From: Blasia pusilla
Lineage: Eukaryota
Length of the DNA: 64,000 nucleotides
Direction of reading: 5' to 3'
Assembly: GCA_050084515.1 (NCBI GenBank)
Contig: CM114271.1
Location: forward strand, 18,042,001-18,106,000
The translations under genes and the position numbers were made by a program. The notes under the pieces are model-generated. The model did no database searches and had not been told where the DNA came from. It saw only the letters and a list, made by a program, of their open reading frames with translations. The first letter of the stretch is position 1. The number at the start of each line of letters is the position of its first letter. Below are positions 53,325 to 64,000 of the stretch, one piece after another.

Positions 53325-55004
53325 TTTTTTAATATTTATAATCACCCATTATAATATTAAATGGAATATTAATTGATTAATATGTATTCGATTCAAATCC
53401 CTATTCATTTCCTTTATTCGATTTCTAACCAAGGCCAAGGCAACAAAATTCAAGGATGTTACCTATTTTATCTTATTATCCCACTCTCTTGTCGTATTAT
53501 CCATATGTGGTTGCCAATTATTATGTAGATATGAGTTCACCAACATGATATTTATATATATATACCAATAGTGGTAATTTTTATTGTAAAATGTTAGGGC
53601 ATATAATAGTGTTTGGAAATTTCTTTCTTCTTATTTTAATGTTTTAAATAGTTTTGATGAAAGAATTTGGAATAACTAATGAAAAAAATCTAGATATCAT
53701 AAAAACAATTCCTTGGGTTGGAGTCAAAAAGATATATAACTCCAAGTGTTAGTAGATGTATAGTAAATTGAGGTTCACCTTTAGGTATCATAACACTTTA
53801 CTTAATATTCTTTTCCTTGTAACTATTGAAGAACTTAAAGTTTCCTTCTTGAAAGAGTGGTACACTTTAGCCGTCATATGTGTCTTGCTAAGATCATTAT
53901 ACCTCTTTTTGGATATGGGTATAATTCTATGTAATCTTTTTATCATTCAGCTTGGAGTTATTGGGCTAGGTAACTTAGATTAGAGAAGAAGCGTGTAAAT
54001 CCCCTCTAGGTTTGGAAGAATTTACCACCATTTCTTAGGCAATGGGTTTGAGTGAGGGAGCGAGAATTCTTTTGTTTTATTTCATAACAAGTTGTGAGTA
54101 TCTCTTATAATGGGAATGGGTGTCAGATCGGGGTCCATTTTCAAAATCCTTGTTCCATGAAAGGAAGATAAGAATTCGTAGATGGAGGACGAGAAGGATA
54201 CTCTAGAGTATTGCCAAAGAGAAGGGAGGGACTCACGAGAAGGCAATATGGACATCCACGTCCAAAATGGCCATCCATAAATTTTCTTTATTACCCTTCT
54301 TTTAAACCATGTTCATTATTTCTTAGAAAGGAAATTGATCGTGAAGATATTTTATAGGAGGAACCATGTCACAAAATTGGGATTTTATGGACTCCCATCC
54401 TTGGCATTGTGTCACCACACATGCTATACAATTAGCAAACACTAGTTTTCTTCAAATTTTAAATATCAATAATATTGCCTGTATATATGTCAGAAACGTT
54501 TTCATTAGTTGAAAACCCACGAAGAGACTTTGCGATGGCCTCTCATTCTGCTGCGCTCTTTTTCTTACACCATCTCGTATCAAACACCCCTTTGTCATGT
54601 CTATGGGAACAATAGTAGTTGTCTCATGGAGTTATTTGGTCAAACATAACACTTGACACGTTGGAAAAAACGTGATTGCTTACATATGAACTTTTGGGTT
54701 CACAAAGGTTAGTGTATTTGCTATCAAGATCACTCGAAGCCTAGTTACGATCCAATACCACAAACCCTGTTCTGGCCACATTGTTTGACTCCTAAGCTCT
54801 GATTGGGATAGAAAAGGAAAAAAAAATTATCTCAACCGTCAGGGCAAACTTGTGAAATACTCATTTGAAATGCCAAAAAATAGCTTTTTTGGCACAAACT
54901 CGTCCTCCAGGAGACAAACATTACACGATAGAAATAAACTAATGCTACAAAGTTGGGAAGCAATGTGATAAGTAGCTGAGATTTCGATGAAACCTTTCCC
55001 AAAC

Positions 55005-58000
55005 CTAGCCGAGTTTCACATCTCTGAGATATTGTAGTAGAGCTTTTGTTCCTCGTTCAAGAATAGCCCGCCTAATACTGCACACATTAGCATATCGATC
55101 ATCATATTTTTTTCCAAGTCCCACTTGGAGAAAGTCTCCTTCACATGGAGTGGAGGAAGATTTCACACACTTCCATTGTCACCAAACTTGTCATTTCAGT
55201 TTCAAGAACCACCACAATCTGATTAAGGAACAGCAACAAACTGGAATCCAACAACCAAAATATGTATACCTAAACGCCTAATACTGCACACATTAGCATA
55301 TCGATCATCAGATTTTTTTTCAAGTCCCACTTGAGAAAGTCTCCTTCACATGGAGTGGAGGAAGATTTCACACACTTCCATTGTCACCAAACTTGTCATT
55401 TCAGTTTCAAGAACCACCACAATCTGATTAAGGAACAGCAACAAACTGGAATCCAGCAACCAAAATATGTATACCTTCGCAAGGGATTTCCTTCAAGCTT
55501 CAGACTCCGCAGTGTTGGTTCCAACAAGCCCTTCACGGCACGGAAACACAATGTCCAAATTAATCAAACGCAAAGTTGCAGCTGTAGTGGTTTGTGACAG
55601 TTTTATTAGGCCTTGCATACATTACTTCTGTCGTTCCACCACTTTTGTCTCAGTGAAGTTTTCCCCTAACTCCATAGTTTTTTCTTTGATACTGGTAGAC
55701 TCTTGAGCTCTTTCGTAGATAGAGTTCTTCCTATCTCCCCCTCTATGCATGAATGCCTTTTCCATCTTGTGCCACTAGCGAGTGAATGTGAACTATGCCA
55801 ATTTTTAAACCTGACATACATATCTATCAGGTTTGCTCCGGCCTATTCACATTCTTCTAAAACCTGACATTCACATTCTTCTCTTCCATGCTGTGAGTCA
55901 ATGTGTGATTTGTGGCAGAATTCATTACTCACCAACTTCGGCGTTAGAATAGAAATGTTGTTATTGGCCAAATCGAGTTCTTCCAACCGGGTGAGTTGAG
56001 CTAGTGCCTGTCCCACCAAATCAGATTCAAGGCTACCAGTCAGCAATGTGAATAATCTGATGGAAGAACTAACATACGCCTCAACTTCATCACCAATAGC
56101 AGATTAAACGACCTCACATACACATCACAAATCTTCCCTTCATCTGGTGAAATAGATCACATATGAGCCAAGGCATGGTAATAAAACGTCTCCCTTTTAA
56201 AGTTTGAGCATGCAGCCTTGCAAATAGAGAAATGAGGATCATCCGTGACTGGAATCAAACTGCCTTGGATAGTAAGTCAGAATACGAAAATGGGAAAAAT
56301 CATGTACCTCCGGCACAGTAGTTAAACCATTTTCGCTGAGGTCCAAAATTCGTAGACTGACCATTTCAGGTATGTCGGATGGGAGCTCCCTGAGCTGTAT
56401 TCGACTGCACAAAATTTTCATTGTCATGGTCCAGAGTTGCCACAGATAGCTTGCTGGAAATCCATTAGTAATTCTTTCCATCCTAAGGTGACCCAATGGT
56501 GTCACGGTTTTTCCCAACACCTTTTAATGCATGAGTTTCTTTTGGTTATTACATAGCCACATTTTTTTGCCTTCTTCAAATCCCTTTTTTGTGCTTTTCT
56601 CGCTCATCTTCAGGTATCCTTTTCTGATGTGTTCCTTAGCCTTCTTACCAATCATAGATTGTGCCTCAAATTGTTTCTAATCTCCAACAACTTCTGCAAT
56701 GCCCCTAAATCTCTGGCTTGAAGGAAAAAGTGTAGAAAAAAACAAACCTTAAACGAAGCTCTTCAAGTTGTGACATTGATGAAAGAGCAGGTGCAACTGG
56801 TAGTTGGCCCAGAATCCCACTCAAATCCAGCATTTTAAGCTTCTCCAGGCGGAGAAATGCTCCACTTGGGATATGCTGAAATAAGTTCCAAGGGCCAGTT
56901 TTCAAAGAGCGTGGTCTCTCAAGCAGTTATATTCAACACAGAGCGTCGACACAACTTTTAATGAACAAAAAGTGACCTCAAAAGAAATGCTTATGTTCAA
57001 CTGTAAGCTTCAAATGTCCTGCAAAACTCTTGAGTACATAAGAATCAAAGCAGTGTCTGCTAAAAATGCTCCAACTCAGGCACACATTTCCTTACCTGTC
57101 GTAAGGGATTCCTAGCCAGTACTAGCTGGCGGAGACGGGGTAAGGATGCCAACGTTGCTCCTGGCCATGTCTCGAACTTGTTGTCTTGCAACAATAGAAC
57201 CTGCCCCTCAAGTACATGCATACAGCAATTCACTCTCACTCACTCCTCTATCAACAGTTGGAGGCAAAGGATGAACGGATATATGTTCAAAAGGTTTCCT
57301 AGTGAGTTTGTACCCCATGACTTACATCTCCTGCAACATAGCGTTTTTAGAGCAAAGTTCTTCGACTCCCAATGTCCAAGGCAGATGTTCTTTCTTGAAA
57401 CAAGACAGCTTCAAACAGTGCAAGTAGACTCACAGAAAGATGGGACTAGTTTGACTTTACAGTAAACAAGAGGTATATATACCTGGCTACTTCTAGCATG
57501 CAATACAAAAACTTCCATCTATGCGAATCAAAGCATGAGGCATCTATCTCATGGTCAAGTTAGTGACAAGAAACAATCCTAATTCATACTCATATTTGCG
57601 TGAAGTTGTGGTGAGGAATGGTAAGCACAACAAAATAAGCATCCTGCAACTCGTGTAATTGAAAACAAAACCAATAAGCTTCCCACCTCTAAAGATGTGC
57701 AGATGGATAGTTCACTGGGGAGATCTTCAATCTGGTTTCTTGAGAGATCAAGAGTTGTCAGAGAAGCAGACTCCCAGACTGCTGGGGGAACCACTCGCAG
57801 GCCTTTTCCAGAAAGAGAGAGGACCTAAGGAAAGATAGTGACTGGATTAATTCATAACGTTTACCCTTGAACTAGATCCTAGGAGCTTTTCTCTTGCAGA
57901 AACTATTTGAAAGAGAGAAGGTGGACACAGGGTACTGAAATGAGAACAATGTCCTGGACTAGTCAAATACAAGACTTGTCAATGTATTCTTTTTAGTCTC

Positions 58001-61000
58001 TATTATTGAAGCGGTTAATGCAAATGAGCATGGCTAGAACACACACTTAGGATCATTAACATTTGTTACATTCTGTACTAAATATTTGAGATTTTAGCTA
58101 GTTCTGAGAGCAGTTCACCTCTCACTCCTCAAGACCATAAGTGAACTACCAAGTACTTTCCAAGTTGTTCTACTCTCCAAGTACTACTACTCTCCTCTTT
58201 CAAGTAAAGTTCAGTTCTTTATAACTTCATTTGCATCAAAAATCAAGTCAAAATGAGTTGTCTTTCTAGGATGTTACAGTTGTCTACCTTTGTGGAGGCT
58301 GCCTGTCTTGCAGCATAGGCCACTTGGTCTGGCACATCTGCAACAAAAATATTACCTGAAGATGCCACACTTCCCTTTGCTTCTGCAAAACAACAAATTT
58401 AAACAGCACATATTCATCAGTTTGGTAGTGCTTTACGCAAGTAAGGATGCATCCCACATCTGAAAGTTTTTCAGATGCATTCTAAGTAGAATGAAAGATA
58501 AAACAAGAACCTTTTACATCTTGTCTGTTACTCTCATCTGATCTGTGTCACCATTAGACAGAATGTGGAGAACAGCAAGCAAGAGAGAAATAAGTAACTT
58601 AGATATACCATTCTCTTCATCCTGCAGTCTACTACGGAGAAACTTAAGCAACGCTGGAGTAGGTCCTGAGACAAGGGTACTGAAACCCGAACGCCAAGGC
58701 ACGTTGTCAGCTCTTGACCTGAGGATGGTAGAAAACAATCCTTCTATGCACTACAAATTACAGTCCTAAAAACCAACTTAAAACAAGAATCATTTCAAGG
58801 AAATCGGGAACTTCAAAACTCCACCAGTAGTGACAGAAACATGTTGAGATCAGTAAGGAAAGCTGTACAAACCTCCTCAGTGAACGCAGAGGATTTCCCA
58901 TGAGTACTAGTTTCCTCAGAGACGACATATTTCCTGCAGTAAGGCAAAGTTGCCAGCATGTAACTCATAGTAATTACACAACCTTCAAGCATCCACTTCT
59001 AATATTCTGATATGTGCTTCAACAGAAAACTTCTATCCTAGCTGAGAAAAGCCATATCTGTGAACCCGTCTCTAAGAGGTTGATGGTGTGTTGATAGTAG
59101 AGTAAGACTAAAGATTGTCTTAACATGGAATGACTGAGTCCCAAAATGATTGAAGAGGATCCAGGGAAAGATAAGGGAGCACAATCAACAAACTACTTAA
59201 GTTGATTTGCCTCATCACAATCTCAATGATCTCCCTTCTCATTCCCTGGCTGAAGGTGAAAGTGTGACCGATGCGCCGTAGGGAGCATCGGTCACACTTT
59301 CACAAAAATAGTTAATATCTAGTCTAGACATGCCTCCAAATACAGGTCCCCAAATTATTGGGATTAATCTTGAACAGGGTCAGGATCACAATTGAACCTT
59401 AGAGCATGTATGTATCCCTGTTTCTGCATCTACCAATTCAATTCGACAATGCATTGTTCTCAGGTCCAATACTTGTAGAAGTGCTGAATTTGTTTTGTAG
59501 CTGAGAGCTGCTGTGTCTACAGTACTGGCCCAACTGTAGAGTAAAGAGGGAGGAAGAGACTCACCTCATTAAATATTGCCTGTCCTAGTCTTGTGATCAC
59601 AGCCTCGTGCGGAGGGAGGAAGAAGCAAAAGAAGTATCACATGAGCAGAAGAAGACTCTAATATGGTGAGAGCGCTTACTATACAGAGTATGTGCAGAAT
59701 TCCAAGCCTCAGACAAGAGGCAATTTTCAACCCAATTACATGATTAAGATCCCCAGAACTCCTTAGGATGCTGGAGTCCAGCAGCTTTGGGCAGTGAATC
59801 TAGCTACCGATTAAGCAGCGCCTGCCGTAGCCTTTCGACAATAGACCCCTTCCCCAATTGGACCATACTAGAGGCTGGGATAGTTGCAGAGGGAGGAAGA
59901 AAGGAAGAGAGTACTACATGAGAGGAGGGAGACTCTCTCATATAGTATGACCGCTAACCATACAGAGTGTTGAGCTTCCAGGTATCAACCAAGAAACACC
60001 TTCCTACACTACCCACCCTACCCGGTAGGAAGTGGTAAGAGAGACTCTTTCCATTTGAGTAGTGCTCATCATATCCTTGCAACCATAGTGACAAGGTGGT
60101 AACTGGAGGTTTCTGCTCCATTATCACACAAAGGTAAGGATTTTGAGTGATTCCCATCTAGCACTTCTTGTGGTTCAAGGGGGCCATCCCCATCCTGTCC
60201 TTGAACTTGAGACAAGTTCCCAAACAAGGAACCCCAACAAAGATTTCATCAGTTTTGCTGGTTCAGGATACGAAATCAAAAGATCGAGGCTTTCAATTTT
60301 GGTTCTTTCTCAGTGATGCATTATTGTGAGCGCTCTCCCACTGCTGTGATTGCAGTATCCACACAGAGTCCTCTTCTTATTACCACAGTATAGATCCTCT
60401 AAGGAACTTTGCCAGGCTGAAAATCTCTTCAACCGTTCCATCCAAAATTTGCTTCCTTCACTGACCTTGCTTGGGTCAAGTGGTCCTCACCAACACTGTA
60501 GGGTAAAGATGGGGTTCCATTGCCTCCTGTTGCCTTACCTGATTAGGATCCCAATCAGGTACATGTAGCTTACCAGGTGAATCTAGGAAACTGAACTAGA
60601 AAAACAGATGTGGTAATACCAGATGAGCAATTTCAGCGTAAGTCATTGCTATTTGTGACTGTCCTCATTAAGTGGCGCATGCCGTAGCCTTGTGCCACAG
60701 ACCCTTTGAAGAGAGATAGTGCGACTATAAAATTTCTTTAATAGCTGAGAGCTAAAGAAGGTGTGTCACATCTGAGTACAGAAGAGAGCTACAAGGTGAT
60801 ACCTTGTTTGTATGCACTGAACCTATGGTACTTGATGCTAGCTCTGAGATTGGACTTGAGGATAAGTCTACAAATTTCTCATCACTGGGAATGTGATCAT
60901 CACATGGGTAACTATCAAGCAAGCAACACCACGTCAGCACAATACCAGATATTTCTTGAGAGGAATACTAAAATCTCAAGCCGGTAAGGTAGTCCATTAC

Positions 61001-63895
61001 TTTCAGAAATTCTTTGGCTTCCACACTCTAAGAAGTTTAACCAGAAGGACGAATCCTAATTCTTCTCTGATGGTGCATCTTACCAAGTTCAGCAGGCAGT
61101 CCCGACAAGTTGTTGTTGGATACATCCATTACAGAGAGCTGAAGCTTGCACATTTCCTTCGGAATGTCTTTGAGCTGACCATCCTCAAGGACCAAATCAT
61201 TATTACAGAGTGACTCAAAGAAGCAAATAGACAAGTGGATCCAACCAACAGCTTAGTGAAGGCCCCCTGTTAACAGAGGGATTCATTTCATTCGTCTCTG
61301 TAACTAAACCCAATTTTTACGCTTTTCTGAATACCTGATTTCTGCGCTACTGTTTGCCTATTTCTGGGCATTGAAATTTTGACAGGGGCAAGCCGTCTTA
61401 CAAGCAAATGCTAACTTCCCACTTTCCATCACATTTGCTTCTGAAAAAAAAATTGGATCCTTACTGGATCCTTTTTTTTTCAGAAGCACAAGTTTCATCG
61501 TAAACATGGACTGCACAAAAGATGAAGATATCCTCCACTAAATTCAAAAGCAAATGAACTCCTACCGTATATTATCTGAACAAAGATAAATCACTGCTTC
61601 TCTATGAGGATCCTTGCCTGATTAGCATGAAGATCGAGTGTGCTCAAAGCAACAAGGCCTCCCAATTGAGATGGAATGGTCGTAATAATATTATCTCTGT
61701 GGACAGACAAAGAGGTTTCTAAATAAATATTTTTGTTCAAATTGTGATGTCTCTATCTTGTCCATTTGCATATTTGAAGTTGAATGACCAGTCACAATAG
61801 TAAAATCCTTACCAAACTCTCAGGTCACAAACTCACCAGAGAATCAATGGGAGCAAGTGAGGGAATGAATGAATGAATTGATTTCTTCTCCACAGAGACG
61901 CCGAGTAGGAGCAACCCTTAATTAGCATTGGTCAGTTTGTTTCTAGTTTTTTATGGTAGAAGTTCTGGAGACTACCAACTAGTTGTCTCTCGCATCCACT
62001 TAAATCCATACCCAACTTTGAGGGAATTATGTCAACACACATGAGAATGATTGCCACTGCAAAGTGTGATATTGTTCAAAACAGTCACTATCAATCCATG
62101 ATACTACATGCAATTCTATCGGTATCATCAGACGTGATGGGAGTAAGATCCACCTATGTAGTCAAAGAGAACAAACCCCAAGAATAATTCAATAAGTCCA
62201 GTGCACCCCGCCAAAGATGATGGTATCGCATTTATGCCTGCAGTCCATGCCAAAAGATCAAGACTACTGCACAACCTTAAGGAGAGCAGGCCATGATTGA
62301 GGAACACTATTACGGAAACTTCTTCTTGCGAGGTGAAAGACCAACGGTTTCAAAACGTAAGCTTCAGATAGAAAGACGAGGAACACACTTGAGATTCAAA
62401 GAACTGAAGGCAAAATACATTGCCTGAGCCTCAAAATATCCAAGTTAGTCCTTCACAGAGATGCTGGTTGAATTGATTCTTCACCTTAATTTCTCGAAAG
62501 GATTACGACAGTTAGAATAGACATAGCTTATCCCTTGTCATGCGGTACTAAGTGCAATACAAACATGGCAGGATAGTGGAGGGGATCCAAGATAATGCTC
62601 ACGGTTCTGATGAAGATCAAGACGTATCAACTTCGTAAGTCGTCCCAAATCAGAGGGAATCTCACTCAAGATATTCTTTGCTGCAAAACCACACAAATCT
62701 TGCACTTGTAATAAAGTCCATCATCACATAACTATCCCACCTCAACTTTCTGAAGTTCTTCATTACTTCCCACACCATCAATTCCGAAGAACTAGACACT
62801 CTACAACTTTCTGTCTTCCCAATAAATACAAAAACAAAAAAAAAACATGGAGCAAATGGAGAAGACATACATGCATTTAGCTCAGTGAGATTGACAAATC
62901 CGCCAAGCATATTTTCAGGAATTTCAGCTAGCTTGTTACCCTGAAAGCGCCCAAAACAACTGTCAAGCCCAATCAATTCAAAAATATCAAGCACCTCATG
63001 GTGAATTTCTAAGCTGGCCAGATGCAGCTCCAACAAACAGGAAGAGGGCAAGAAATTTAATCCCAGAGAAAGGTTCATAACAAATTTCCTAAAAGAGGTG
63101 ATGAAACACTGGAGATAGTTCTTCTCAAGAACTATCTCCAGTGTCTGGAGATCCAAGCACAATTGTAACTGGTGCCTACTTCATATATCTCCCCAACAGA
63201 GGTCTGGGAAAGCCATGATCAAAAGGAGCACAAAATCCATACGAGCACATTGGGAAAGGATGTGTTCAACACAAAATTTACATGAAATAGACATTACATC
63301 AGATATCTGACCTCCAAATCTAGTACAGTCAGTCGTATACATTGACTCAACTCCTGTGGTAACTCTGTGAGCAAGTTATTTGGAACCTGCAGATATTGAC
63401 CGAACCCAAATTTGTGTAAATGGTAATACAGCCACATGAAATTTGAAGTAGGTGATTTGTAAGCTATTGCTCTCTTTTCAGACAAGTGCCACATGCCCAT
63501 AAAATTTGAAGCCTTATCCTGGCACTAAGATACATGATTGAATGGGAATGTGATGCCTTAAGCTCTGTTAGGTTCTTGCAGTTGCCAATAATCCGAGGCA
63601 AAGATGTCAAGGAGTTGCTGGCACAGTGAAGCCTGCACAAAGCCCCCAATGCTTCCATAAGATCCCAAAGCAAAGAATTGATATTGTACCTGCTGATAAA
63701 CTCTTGAAACTCCTCTAGGCTCAATTTGTCAACCTGTTAAAATTAAGTCGTGGATAACAAACTTGGAAACAATTAATAAGTAGAGCAGACCAATAAGAAG
63801 GGGCAAACCTTGTCAGAGAAGTCACAGCCCCAATTTCGTATGGTAGTTGAGCAATACTATTGTGAGAGATATCCAGAGCTTTCAGCACGCTCAGC
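55005..63895 (-). CDS. Leucine-rich-repeat protein, LRRC40/At3g15410-like (5' exons lie beyond the window)
   Basis: Phase-consistent exons: 63809-63895, 63557-63632, 63312-63386, 62871-62940, 62603-62680, 62177-62237, 61618-61696, 61084-61174, 58873-58933, 58609-58679, 58288-58382, 57687-57824, 57096-57200, 56748-56875, 56308-56404, 55933-56007, 55475-55530 and 55005-55077 (TAG). Repeated LxxLxLxxN motifs plus the diagnostic [34 protein letters not shown] and [25 protein letters not shown] segments. Confidence 0.93.
55069..55476. repeat. Tandem duplication (2 x ~202 bp) covering the whole last intron of the LRR gene and both splice sites
   Basis: cgcctaatactgcacac...tatgtatacct occurs at 55069-55271 and 55275-55476, separated by aaa, with only a handful of differences. 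Confidence 0.95.
59211..59303 (-). mobile_element. Short internal LINE RT fragment with a foldback hairpin, inside an LRR-gene intron
   Basis: 59211-59286 closely matches 30504-30582 of the LINE. It ends in a 19-bp perfect inverted repeat (59256-59274 / 59285-59303). Confidence 0.85.
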
Positions 63896-64000
63896 CTGGT
63901 TAAGTCCATACAACCAATCAAGCATCACCACATTTTATGTAAACCTCCAAAAAAATCTGCAAGTCTACCCCTTTTTTCAAGCAATGTTTGTCCGGCCTTG

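Noticed and set aside
61862-61900. (GAAT)n resembling the LINE 3' tail
   Set aside because: Similarity beyond the tetranucleotide repeat is too short to call a truncated LINE copy.

Overview
Repeat-rich eukaryotic (land-plant, probably bryophyte-type; inferred from gene and transposon families) genomic DNA. Three intron-containing host genes, all on the minus strand, could be assembled by hand from splice sites and reading phase: a CTL/SLC44 (Pns1-like) choline-transporter-family gene (18677-21450), an LEA_2/NHL-type membrane protein (40407-41914) and the 3' part of an LRRC40/At3g15410-like leucine-rich-repeat gene (55005->63895). The rest is mostly decayed transposons: a gag-protease LTR element with no pol that ends in a probable cytosine-methyltransferase motif-I vestige, a ZNF862-like hAT element, three Helitron coding remnants plus several Helitron 3' ends, a 5.3-kb APE-RT LINE flanked by (GA)n, and a CRE-like endonuclease fragment. 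The most notable observations are a tandem duplication of the entire last intron of the LRR gene, which creates a 14-nt frame-shifting micro-exon, the probable methyltransferase vestige, the microsatellite-flanked LINE, back-to-back Helitron ends and several perfect foldback hairpins. All assignments come from manual translation and motif recall; no database search was run.
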